A stretch of DNA of 64,000 nucleotides from an uncultured Clostridia bacterium (GTDB lineage: Bacteria > Acidobacteriota > Blastocatellia > UBA7656): positions 778 through 64,777 of the forward strand of contig CAYXVU010000001.1 in NCBI GenBank assembly GCA_964468725.1, read 5' to 3'. This document shows, piece after piece, positions 20,497 through 29,780 of this stretch. The first letter of the stretch is position 1, and the number at the start of each line of letters is the position of its first letter. A program made the translations under genes and the position numbers. The notes under the pieces were generated by a model, which made no database searches, was not told the origin of the DNA, and saw only the letters and a program-made list of their open reading frames with translations.

Positions 20497-20883
20497 CTAA
20501 ACAAGCGGCGGTGCGCGAGTAGAGGAGTTCGAAAAGGCGTTCGATGAGGGCGACGAAAAAGTTAGCGTCTGTCGGATGACAACTTCGGTATTCAGTTCGA
20601 AAACGAAAGACGGGATGCGCGCATCGGCAATGAAATTCCGTTGCAATACGCACGAAGTACAGTCGGCATCACTGGCCGGTTTCGAGTGATCGTGCGAACC
20701 CGTTCCCTCGTGCGATTCAAGGCATAACCGATGCGGAGATTCATAGGGATTGACCGCATGACGGTGCGTCGCACTGACGATGAGCGCATGGGCAAGCAGA
20801 AGAAGCAATACGAAGGTCTTCAGCCGTCGCGGGCAAGTTTGCGATTTGGTCAAATTCACTTGCACGTGCATATCACTCGCCAT
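20497..20883 (-). CDS. Small His/Cys-rich exported protein immediately upstream of the TonB receptor gene (possible metal-binding accessory protein)
   Basis: The product has a signal peptide (RRLKTFVLLLLLAHALIVSA). The mature part is rich in His and Cys (THRHAV..HRLCLESHEGTGSHDHS..CTSC). Confidence 0.45.
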   Translation of the reverse strand: MASDMHVQVNLTKSQTCPRRLKTFVLLLLLAHALIVSATHRHAVNPYESPHRLCLESHEGTGSHDHSKPASDADCTSCVLQRNFIADARIPSFVFELNTEVVIRQTLTFSSPSSNAFSNSSTRAPPLV

Positions 20884-21172
20884 TCGTTTCCGGTTGGATT
20901 AAACACTGAGATGAAAAGCCTGTCAACGATCTTGCAGAATGCTGGTAGCCGATCAAACCTGGCAACTCCTACGTCGGTGTCTATCCTCCCGGTAAGCCGG
21001 ATGAAAGTACGACAAGATTCTCTCAAGTGGTGTAGCTGTGTCCTTGCCGCTCCGACTCTCTTCATTCAACAAGGTCGACCTTTGGGTGGGACATTGCGCC
21101 TATGGATGTTTAGGAGGTTTGTCTGTATTGAATGGGAGTATTGAAATAGAAACAGGAGGGCAACCCCCAATC

Positions 21173-21227
21173 GGAAAGAAGAAGGAGAGAAAAAATGAAA
21201 AAAAGGGGAAAATTAGGGCAAAAAAGG
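21173..21227. repeat. A polypurine tract about 55 nt long (GGAAAGAAGAAGGAGAGAAAAAATGAAAAAAAGGGGAAAATTAGGGCAAAAAAGG) in an AT-rich island, followed by a TTGACATATAAT promoter-like motif
   Basis: The tract is visible directly in the sequence. Its composition is highly atypical for this 60% GC genome. Confidence 0.6.
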
Positions 21228-21514
21228 TAATAACTACCTCTTCTTTTGACATATAATCATGACACCTCCCGTTCAGCTTCTCTCAGTTGGAGGTCACGAA
21301 TTCGAGATCATTTCAAGAATTCTTTTTTAGGGAGTAACCAACGCCGGTAGCCTTGCCTAGCGGTATCGGCTGCGATTGTGAATGACGACTGTAGATTAAG
21401 CCCCCTATTCCGAAATGTCGGGTTTGGTCGGGCTTTGATGATAACGAAACGAGCTTGCTTCCCCGAGCTGTAATCAGTCGCGGGTTTAGCCTGGCGAGCA
21501 AGGAGAACCAAACC

Positions 21515-22621
21515 ATGTATTCCTCACAAATGCCCCGTAACACCACTAAGATCGTTCAGGTGAGCATTGCCTTCATGGCCGTTCTTGCCTTTCTTTTCTC
21601 AGCTTTCCCTTTCCCGAAAGCAGCAGTGGCCGGAGTCAACGCCGCCACCCTGCAAAGCACAACCTGTGGCACGACGACTTGGGATTTGACTGCCGGTCAA
21701 ACGATTGATGTCGGAACGGTTACCGTTAGCAATGATGCCAACAACCTGTATGTTACTTATACGCTTGATGACCCCGATTACCCGAATGCTTGTTTCGGCA
21801 ACCTGCATGTTTGGGTGGGGAATGATCTGCTGAATCTGCCAACGACGCCGGGTAACAAGCAATGCCCCGGCGGTGCACCGATTCCGGGACAATTCTGTCA
21901 GGCAGACGGAGGCGCTTGCTTTGACGCCACCGGTCTGACGACCTACACCTTTACCCTCCCGTTCACTGACCTCAACATTGTGGATGTCAACCAAGCCTGC
22001 GGGCTGCAACTCTTCGTTGTGACTCACGCAGAGGTTGATTTGGACTGCACGGATGGGGACACCGGTCACGAGACAGCCTTTGGTGGCCCAATAGCGGGCA
22101 ACTGCAACCGCTGGTACTTCTATGGTGTCTATACGGTTTGCTGTGAATTCGGCGATCCGGATCCTCCGACCTGCGAAACTGCCTTTGCCAAAGGTACGCA
22201 CATTTGGACGACGGACAAGAAATCCAACCCCGAAAATCTGCCGTCTTTGAAGTTGACGAAGAACCGTTGGGGGTGGGCGATTAAACTAAGCGCGCCGGGT
22301 GTGACTACCTACGACATCTGGGCTGGCGCAGGCTTGAACGATACGAACAAAGGTCGGTTAGTCGGAAGGCTGACGGTCAACTGGGATGGAGCGAGTATGA
22401 GTGCCACCTACGACATCACCGCTGCCGGATGCAGTTTGGAAGAGGTGCATCTCTACGCGCAAGACGGGTCGCCGACAACTATCGCTCCGGGTCAGTACGG
22501 ATATCTGGACTCATTTGATCCGAACCGCACGTCCTACACCTTTAACGTTCCGCTAGCGGATGCCAATGGTGACGGATGTGTCTGGTTGATTGCTCATTCG
22601 GTCGTTTGCTGTGGGAGTTAG
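21515..22621 (+). CDS. Cysteine-rich secreted protein of unknown function (about 16 Cys)
   Basis: A GGAG ribosome-binding site precedes the ATG at 21515. The product has a signal/anchor region (IVQVSIAFMAVLAFLFSAFPFPKAAVA) and many paired Cys (CC, CxxC-like), with no enzymatic motif recognised. Confidence 0.6.
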   Translation: MYSSQMPRNTTKIVQVSIAFMAVLAFLFSAFPFPKAAVAGVNAATLQSTTCGTTTWDLTAGQTIDVGTVTVSNDANNLYVTYTLDDPDYPNACFGNLHVWVGNDLLNLPTTPGNKQCPGGAPIPGQFCQADGGACFDATGLTTYTFTLPFTDLNIVDVNQACGLQLFVVTHAEVDLDCTDGDTGHETAFGGPIAGNCNRWYFYGVYTVCCEFGDPDPPTCETAFAKGTHIWTTDKKSNPENLPSLKLTKNRWGWAIKLSAPGVTTYDIWAGAGLNDTNKGRLVGRLTVNWDGASMSATYDITAAGCSLEEVHLYAQDGSPTTIAPGQYGYLDSFDPNRTSYTFNVPLADANGDGCVWLIAHSVVCCGS

Positions 22622-23362
22622 CGTTGGAAACAGTACCCTTTACTGATTTGTAGGGGGCAATGAGATTCAATTTCCATCTTTTCGCTTATGTGAAAGGATG
22701 GCTTAACGCAATCTCTTTTATCCTTGCAAGTCGGTACTTGCTTGTTGCCCGCCGCTTCGCTTGAGGCGGTTGGTAGCTAGCCTCCTTCAACCGGCAAGGC
22801 GAAGAGTAGATCCTGACGCTCTTTGCCTTGCCGAATTTTCTTTCACCTTTGATGTTGGCCTACCCGATCTTGCCATCGCAGGCAAACTGCGGCGAATTCA
22901 CCCCTTGCCCTCTCTCCTTTTATTGCACAACGAAACTGATTGTGCCGGTTCCTGACAGATCATTGAATCTTAAGCGGGTCTAATCCGGCGGCGCATACGG
23001 CCAAACCCGTTGCGTCGTGAAACGCGACTCAGCGCAATCAACCCCTCAATTGCTTGCTACCACGCGGTGATGCAAAAGCCTGCCGAATTGCATCCCCTAT
23101 TGCGCCATTGCTTGGTTTGCAACCTATACACCTTCCGAAAAGGGGCTCGCCCCGTCGGCTAATGTGGGCTGTCGGCGAGCAGAATCGGGTTTGAGAAATA
23201 GAAAAAAATTGCCGAGTAAGGTGCTCCGAAAAGGGAGGCGGCTGGCAACCGCAGTCCATTAGCGCCTTCTGGTAGATGGGGAGGTAAGGGCGATGATAGA
23301 GAACCCCACAGCTTCAAAGCGAAGCGAATTGTCGGAGGGTGCGTTTCCGAATCCTCCAGATT

Positions 23363-24526
23363 CTATCGCCCTTTTCTACCCGAATCGGGCAGGTCTTCTG
23401 CCTTCAACAGCAGGTAGGTAGAGAAAAAGCCAATCAGTTTGTCTGCATACTCGCGTTTGGCGTGGCGGATAGATTTTGCGTGGCGTGCGCCTTCGACGAT
23501 CCAGAGTTCTTTATTGCCGCCGAGCGCCGCGTGAATGTGTTCGGAATGTTCGACCGGAATCAACTGGTCTCCGGTTCCGTGAATCAGGTAGACGGGGCAT
23601 TTGATCTGCGCTGCCAGTGCTGCCGGATCAACGCGATCAATGTCGAATTTGCCGCGATAATTGGCGACACGAAAAGCTGGCCACAAGGCTGGATGAACGA
23701 CGGATTCCGGCAGACGTGTGATCCGCGAAACATATTCTTCGGTGACGCGGCGCAGGGAAGCAAAAGGCGAATCCGCCCATACCGCTTTGACTCGTTCATT
23801 ATGCGCGGCGACTTGCAACGAGATGGCTGCCCCCATAGATTCGCCCGCCAGTCCGATGCGCGTCGGATCAATCTGTTTCTCCGTAATCAGCCATTCGATC
23901 ACCGCATCTACATCCCGGCGTTCGTGATAGCCATAGGTGATGTAACGGCCTTCGCTATTGCCGTGCCCGCGACCGTCATAGACCAAGACGTTGAATCCGG
24001 CTTGGCGTAATAAAATGGCTGCGCGTAAGACATCGGTGCGATTCTTCTTCACGCCATGCACGATGATGATGGTCGCCGCAGGGGCAGATGCCGCCATCCA
24101 CCAGCCTTGCAAGATCAAGCCGTCAGCCGAATGCAGGTCAACCTCTTCAAACTCGATGCCGATCTTTTTGATGAGATTGCGAAAGTGCGGGCGGCGCAAG
24201 TGTGGTAGGCGTTTGAGGCGCGGACGCACAAGCAGGCCGGAGAGCGAATAGCTGGCCACGCCGACGGCAACGGTCAACGAACTGGCCGCACCGAGCGCCA
24301 ACCATCCTGCACGTTTGAGCCAATTGCTGCCCGGCGGGCGCGCGACCGGGGCTTCAAACTCGATCTCGCTGTTCTCTGTCTTTCGGCTTCCTCTCACGTT
24401 TCTGTCAAACCTTTCTGGGGCTTTCGAAATTATAATTTTTAGATGACGAAAACCAAAGTCTTGTTTCTCGCGGCCTGTGAAAAATTTTGCCTGCCTTGCG
24501 GTCTTCCGCTCTCGCTGCGCGGTCAT
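23363..24526 (-). CDS. Membrane-anchored alpha/beta hydrolase (hydrolase_4 / S33-like)
   Basis: The product has an N-terminal transmembrane anchor, HGVKKN...GRGHGNSEG, a nucleophile elbow (GESMGAA), and a C-terminal HGTGDQLIP. Confidence 0.75.
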   Translation of the reverse strand: MTAQRERKTARQAKFFTGREKQDFGFRHLKIIISKAPERFDRNVRGSRKTENSEIEFEAPVARPPGSNWLKRAGWLALGAASSLTVAVGVASYSLSGLLVRPRLKRLPHLRRPHFRNLIKKIGIEFEEVDLHSADGLILQGWWMAASAPAATIIIVHGVKKNRTDVLRAAILLRQAGFNVLVYDGRGHGNSEGRYITYGYHERRDVDAVIEWLITEKQIDPTRIGLAGESMGAAISLQVAAHNERVKAVWADSPFASLRRVTEEYVSRITRLPESVVHPALWPAFRVANYRGKFDIDRVDPAALAAQIKCPVYLIHGTGDQLIPVEHSEHIHAALGGNKELWIVEGARHAKSIRHAKREYADKLIGFFSTYLLLKAEDLPDSGRKGR

Positions 24527-24585
24527 GGTAAAATTGCGTCCGACAATACAAGGGTCAGATTCCCGATATGAGGGAGCATGAGAGG

Positions 24586-25200
24586 ATGAACAACTTCGTT
24601 TTTTGCAATCAGTGTGGGACGCAACTTCCGCGCGGCAGCAAATTCTGTAACAACTGCGGCGCGACGGTCACGGCTCCCCGACCGGCAGCGCCGGCGCTCG
24701 GACAACGTGGCGCGTCGTTTGGTTCGCCACCCCCTGCGATGCTCGACGAAGCCGAACATGTGATCTTTACGCTCAGGCCGACGATGATCTTCGTTTACTG
24801 CTGGTACGCGGCGGCATTGCTGGTTTTGATTGCCGTAGCAGCGGCAATGGGGTTGTCAGGCCTCAATGCGATGACTGCATTATATGTCATACTGGGCGCA
24901 GGGCTGATTGCTTTCGCCGTGCCGCTGTATAAACACATCTTGCGCCGCCGCGAAGTCTACACCCTGACGAATTTCAAACTGGAGATGCGCTATGGCCTGA
25001 TTGCCAAAGACGTGCGCAATATCCCGCTCAACAAGATTCAAGATGTGACCGTAAGCCGCACGGTCTTTCAACGCCTGCTCGGCTTGGGCGACATCCTGAT
25101 TGACAGCGCTTCGGAGAGCGGCCAAATCCATCTGGATGATATTCACAAAGCGGAAGGCTACGCCGATCAGATTTTAACCACGCTGCGACGTTGGAACTGA
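24586..25200 (+). CDS. Zinc-ribbon plus bacterial PH (bPH_2/YdbT-like) domain membrane protein
   Basis: The N-terminus has a CxxC-x11-CxxC motif (CNQCG...CNNCG). Two transmembrane helices follow, then a PH-like C-terminus (VYTLTNFKLEMRYGLIAKDVRNIPLNKIQDV). Confidence 0.65.
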   Translation: MNNFVFCNQCGTQLPRGSKFCNNCGATVTAPRPAAPALGQRGASFGSPPPAMLDEAEHVIFTLRPTMIFVYCWYAAALLVLIAVAAAMGLSGLNAMTALYVILGAGLIAFAVPLYKHILRRREVYTLTNFKLEMRYGLIAKDVRNIPLNKIQDVTVSRTVFQRLLGLGDILIDSASESGQIHLDDIHKAEGYADQILTTLRRWN

Positions 25201-25262
25201 ATGGCAGCGTGCGGGGTCTAATCATCTAGGTCAGAGTTTGAAGCTGATACGAGGAGACAGCC

Positions 25263-25712
25263 ATGTTTTCAGAAGCGGAGATTGCTTACCTCCAATCGCA
25301 AAGGCTGGCGCGCATCGCTACGGTATCGGCAGAGGGGCAGCCGGATGTCGCAGCGGTATCGTTTGAATTTGACGGACAGGTCTTTTATGTTGGCGGACTC
25401 AATCAAAAGAAGACGCTCAAATACCTGAACGTGCTCCGCGGCAACACCAAAGTCGCCCTCGTCATTGATGATGTTGTCGGCGTAAGCCCCTGGCAGCCGC
25501 GCGGCCTCAAACTGCACGGCAGCGCCGAAATCGTCGAACGCACGGGAGCCGTCTCGACCGGCGCGTTTCTCAAAATCACGCCGGAGAAAGTCTGGAGTTG
25601 GGGAATCGAAAAGCCTGTCTTCGAACATGGTGAAATTTTTATCAAGAAGAGTAGTAAAGACGACCCCAATGGCGCTTTGCGCTGGAAAATGCCGGGTCGT
25701 AAGACCGAGTGA
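25263..25712 (+). CDS. Pyridoxamine 5'-phosphate oxidase-like / PPOX-class FMN-binding split-barrel protein
   Basis: The 149-aa product shows the PNPOx-like pattern (LARIATVSAEGQPDVAAVSFEFDG..FYVGG). Confidence 0.6.
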   Translation: MFSEAEIAYLQSQRLARIATVSAEGQPDVAAVSFEFDGQVFYVGGLNQKKTLKYLNVLRGNTKVALVIDDVVGVSPWQPRGLKLHGSAEIVERTGAVSTGAFLKITPEKVWSWGIEKPVFEHGEIFIKKSSKDDPNGALRWKMPGRKTE

Positions 25713-25874
25713 CCCCTGACAGTCGGCGAGTGATGGGCAAATGGACACGATACAGATCAGTGCCGAGGGTTGTCCGAATTGTCGGGGAAGGTACAGCGAC
25801 AGGTTCCGTGTTTATCGGGTACGATTCTGCCTTTCCGTAGTCATCATCGGTTAGGCGTCATCAGGTAGGAGAAT

Positions 25875-27122
25875 TTGTTGATGTTGAGAAAGACAGTTTT
25901 ATGGTTGGCCGTGATCGCCTTTTACTTTCCGGCAGCAGTCGGCAATGCGCAAACCAATCAACCGCCCGGTCAACCGCAAGCGAGTACGCAAGTGACCAGG
26001 GTCGTTCCCGCGCCCGTTGAATTGCTTCCTGCCACTCTTGCCGGAGTCAAAGCGACGAGTGAGAAAAGAGCGGTGGCGCTCGATAGCCTCACCTCTCTGG
26101 TTGGTGAGCAAGCCGCCGTGCTGCGCGAATTTCGCTTGACCGCCGTGCAGTCGCGCACTTATGGCGCGGCTCGCATTGAGGTAGTCGAAACGAAAAACCA
26201 CTTTGCGGCCTTCGGGCTATTCAGCCATTACTCACAGGCGAAAGCCGGGGCGCAAAGTTTGCCAGTCGGCTCAATGGGTGAACGACTGGCCGACGGGGTG
26301 ATGTTCTATAAAGGCAATGTCTTTGTGCGCGTTTTTGACAATCCGCAAACCAGCAAGAACAGCAATCCGGCATTATCGGTGCGGCTGGCGCAAGCCGTCG
26401 CTGAACACATCAGGAATGAGGCCTCCGAGCGTCCGCCGCTGGTGGATAACTTTGCGTCGGCGACGGCGCTGGCTGAAAGCCATCGCCTGTCGCCTGCGTG
26501 GCGGAGCGTCAAATACTTACTCGGTCCGCAATCCCTGTCCGCACACTTCGAACACGGGCGCGAAATGTTCGAATTCTTCGGCGAAGCGGAAGCCGCCGTC
26601 ATCGCCTACCACTCGCACGACGCAAAGAGCGGACAACCTGCCAAACTCTTGATCGTTGAATATCACACGCCGCAATTTGCAACCGATGCCTGGCAACAAG
26701 CGACCGCCTACCGCGACGCGCTGCCTGCTGCCGAGCAAGACCGACTGATTCTCAAACGCGTCGGCAATTATCTGGTCGGGGCGATGAATTTTGCAGATCG
26801 TGATCTGGCTGAGCAATTGACCCGCGCGATTGAGTATCCCTACAGTGTCAAGTGGCTGCGTAATCCGTTGCTTTCGACCAATGATCCGTTTCGCCAACAG
26901 AAGGTGGCGCATATGCTGGTTTCGTCGTTCGGCATACTGGGTTTGATTTTCCTGACGGTATTTATCGGCGGTTCGATCTTCGGCGCATTCATCTTTATCA
27001 AACGCCGCAAACTGCAACAAGCGATCTTCTCCGATGCCGGTGGCATGCTCAGATTGGAGATTGACCCCTTTGAACGCACACTGCTCGGCTTACCTGCTGC
27101 GCCGAAAAGGACTGAGGAGTGA
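25875..27122 (+). CDS. Exported hypothetical protein with C-terminal transmembrane anchor; its stop lies 8 bp upstream of the start of the NtrC-type regulator
   Basis: The product has a signal peptide and a C-terminal hydrophobic helix (FGILGLIFLTVFIGGSIFGAFIF) followed by KRRK. It has no kinase motifs. Confidence 0.5.
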   Translation: MLMLRKTVLWLAVIAFYFPAAVGNAQTNQPPGQPQASTQVTRVVPAPVELLPATLAGVKATSEKRAVALDSLTSLVGEQAAVLREFRLTAVQSRTYGAARIEVVETKNHFAAFGLFSHYSQAKAGAQSLPVGSMGERLADGVMFYKGNVFVRVFDNPQTSKNSNPALSVRLAQAVAEHIRNEASERPPLVDNFASATALAESHRLSPAWRSVKYLLGPQSLSAHFEHGREMFEFFGEAEAAVIAYHSHDAKSGQPAKLLIVEYHTPQFATDAWQQATAYRDALPAAEQDRLILKRVGNYLVGAMNFADRDLAEQLTRAIEYPYSVKWLRNPLLSTNDPFRQQKVAHMLVSSFGILGLIFLTVFIGGSIFGAFIFIKRRKLQQAIFSDAGGMLRLEIDPFERTLLGLPAAPKRTEE

Positions 27123-27132
27123 TGTTCCGACT

Positions 27133-28497
27133 ATGCCCAATTCCGTGCTGATCGTTGATGATGAGGCGGGCATCCGCGAAACGCTCGCCGCCGTTCTCGA
27201 AGACGAAGGCTTTGCAGTGGAAGCCGTCGCCTCGGGTGAAGAATGTCTGGCTGCCTTCGAGCGGCGCATCTTCGGATGCGTACTGCTTGATGTCTGGCTG
27301 CCCGGGTTTGATGGTATCGAAACGCTTGAACGGCTCAAAGCCGCCCATACGGAGGTTGCGGTAATTATGATTAGCGGGCACGGCAATATCGAGACCGCCG
27401 TGCGGGCGACCAAACTCGGAGCGCTCGACTTCATTGAAAAACCGCTGCAACTTGACCGCACAGTGCTGGCCGTTCGCAATGCCCTGCGGCAACGCCAGTT
27501 GGAAGCCGATAATCGGCGGTTGCGCGAACACTTGGACGACGAATACGCGATGATCGGCGACAGCGTGCCGATGCGGGCTTTGCGGCAACAGATCGCCATC
27601 GCAGCGCCGACCAACGGGCGCATCTTGATCTACGGCGAGTCGGGAACCGGCAAAGAATTGGTCGCTCGCGCCTTGCATCGGGAATCCCAGCGCGCGGCGA
27701 TGCCCTTTGTCGAACTCAACTGCGCGGCCATTCCTGATGAGTTGATTGAGTCGGAACTCTTCGGGCATGCCAAAGGCGCCTTTACCGGTGCAACGCAAGC
27801 CAAACGCGGCAAGTTCGAACTGGCTGATGGCGGCACGCTTCTGCTCGATGAAGTCGGCGATATGAGCTTGAAGGTGCAGGCGAAAGTCTTGCGCGTGCTG
27901 GAGGAGCAACGCTTCGAACCGGTTGGCTCGAATGCGGCTGTGCAGGTGGATGTCCGGATCATTGCCGCAACCAACAAACGGCTGGATGAAGAGATCGAGA
28001 AGGGAAGTTTTCGCGCTGACCTCTTCTATCGCCTCAATGTCGTTCCCTTCGAAGTGCTGCCCTTGCGGGAACGGCTGGAAGATGTGCCGCAGTTAGTCGA
28101 ACATTTCAACCACAAGTATGCAGCGATGTACGGACGGACACCGCAGGTCTTTAGCGACGAAGCGCTGGCCTTGCTCGGTCAATATCAGTGGCCAGGGAAT
28201 GTGCGCGAACTGCGAAACACCATCGAGCGGGTGGCGATTATGACCGCCAAAGAGAAGATCGGCGCAAGCGACCTGCCGCCGCTCGCATCAACAGACGGGG
28301 TCGCTGCGCCTTCTCGCTACAACTTCACTTCCTACCGTGAAGGGCGTGACGCCTATGAACGCAACTACATCTTGCGTAAGCTGGCCGAATGCGATGGCAA
28401 CGTCACGCGCACAGCCGAAGCAATGGGAATGGATCGCTCGCACCTCTATCGCCGACTCAAAGCCCTCGGCATCAGCGATAAACGATCCGGCAGTTGA
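27133..28497 (+). CDS. Sigma-54-dependent response regulator (NtrC family: receiver, AAA+ and HTH domains)
   Basis: The product has a receiver domain (LIVDDE...LLDVWLPGFDG), a Walker A motif (GESGTGKE), a GAFTGA motif (GHAKGAFTGA) and a C-terminal Fis-type HTH. Confidence 0.9.
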   Translation: MPNSVLIVDDEAGIRETLAAVLEDEGFAVEAVASGEECLAAFERRIFGCVLLDVWLPGFDGIETLERLKAAHTEVAVIMISGHGNIETAVRATKLGALDFIEKPLQLDRTVLAVRNALRQRQLEADNRRLREHLDDEYAMIGDSVPMRALRQQIAIAAPTNGRILIYGESGTGKELVARALHRESQRAAMPFVELNCAAIPDELIESELFGHAKGAFTGATQAKRGKFELADGGTLLLDEVGDMSLKVQAKVLRVLEEQRFEPVGSNAAVQVDVRIIAATNKRLDEEIEKGSFRADLFYRLNVVPFEVLPLRERLEDVPQLVEHFNHKYAAMYGRTPQVFSDEALALLGQYQWPGNVRELRNTIERVAIMTAKEKIGASDLPPLASTDGVAAPSRYNFTSYREGRDAYERNYILRKLAECDGNVTRTAEAMGMDRSHLYRRLKALGISDKRSGS

Positions 28498-29011
28498 GCG
28501 CAGTCTACACAACTTTGCTGTCTCCGCCACGCCGCTGTTCAGACTGGCACAACTGCCGGAACTCCGATTCCATCCAGAATTCTCTCTGCCTTTCTTCTCC
28601 TCACCTTTTGTCTTTGCAGGCATTGCACAAGCACAGCGGGGAAATCGAGAGAAGCAAACCCTGTAGAAATAACCGTGATGAGGTTTTGCCTGCGCCCGGA
28701 TGGCATCACACAATCTCCTTGAACACAAAAATCCCGCGGCTCACCAAAAGATGAAGCAGTTAGATCGAGTAGAAAACCTACTTGTGCATTTGCCGTGCCA
28801 GCAGGGAAATATCTGCTGATTGACGACCTGGCAATACTTTAGAAGAGCGACTCGGCGTCAGCCTGAGATGCAATCGAGTAGATTGGAAAGTGTGTTTCCG
28901 AACTCTGTATACCGGGCGGCAACTTTCTATCCAATGGAGAAGGCAACAGAAACAAGGGCGGATTGAAATAGAGGTTTTGAAATGTGTCATCGTCCACAAT
29001 TGCAGGTGCGA

Positions 29012-29042
29012 ACGAAGGGCTCAAAATCATTGAGCCCTTCGT
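29012..29042. other. Perfect 13-bp hairpin ACGAAGGGCTCAA-AATCA-TTGAGCCCTTCGT inside a lower-GC non-coding stretch
   Basis: The inverted repeat is visible in the sequence. No U-tract follows it, and it may be part of an ncRNA or a terminator. Confidence 0.4.
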
Positions 29043-29422
29043 CTCCATGCTGGTTACTTGGTTGACAAAGCGATTATGCGAAGGTTACCGCATAGAAGCC
29101 TTCCAGCCTGGATCGATCAACTGAGGTGTCTGACCCACTGAATACAAGGAACAAAATAATGCTGCGGTTCTCTATTGGTTGAATGGGGATAGTTAGCGAT
29201 TGAAATGTACTGCTTTGTATGGGCTTTGGTTGCTCATCAAGAGCGGACGATCAGAGAGACGACCCGCGAATCACGCCAATCAAAACGAACCGACTCGGTT
29301 CATTCAGGAGTGTTCGAAATCATCTGTCCGACTCGCTGCGAAGAAGTTCCCCTAAGCACAAACTCGTAACTTGTGTTCGGCAGACATTGATGGAGTGGAG
29401 AAGGAGTTGACGGCATAGCCGC

Positions 29423-29608
29423 TTAGGCGACTTTGAGGCCGTAATCGGTGACCGGACGGTTTTGAAAACACGCCTCACACCAACCATAGAGAACTTTGTC
29501 AATCAGATGATAGGCGACGGTTTGGTCTTCCGCGACCGGTTGGTGACAATCCCTACACTCCCACTGTTGACCGAGAGTCTTAGTGACGGGTTCAAAAATG
29601 GCTGCCAT
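29423..29608 (-). CDS. Possible small zinc-ribbon protein (about 61 aa, CxxC...CxxC)
   Basis: The product contains WECRDCHQP...YGWCEACF. It lies co-directionally downstream of uvrD. A longer 88-aa ORF starting at 29689 is also possible. Confidence 0.3.
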   Translation of the reverse strand: MAAIFEPVTKTLGQQWECRDCHQPVAEDQTVAYHLIDKVLYGWCEACFQNRPVTDYGLKVA

Positions 29609-29780
29609 GTTGCTACTGGCGGAGCCGCAGCTCCGCACCTCCTTATAAACTTCTATGAAAAAGAGCATCCAAAACGCCGGATGATACACCTCAAACGCCT
29701 ACCTCCCGAGGCAGGTTCCAATTTCCATCGAATAATTTTTAATGCAGAGATCAGAAGGGCAGCGGGCGTGAGAACTTGCC

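Noticed and set aside
20731-21144. A 137-aa plus-strand ORF overlapping the His-rich exported protein gene.
   Set aside because: The minus-strand product has a textbook signal peptide and sits in operon position with the TonB receptor. The plus-strand ORF is Arg-rich with no features.
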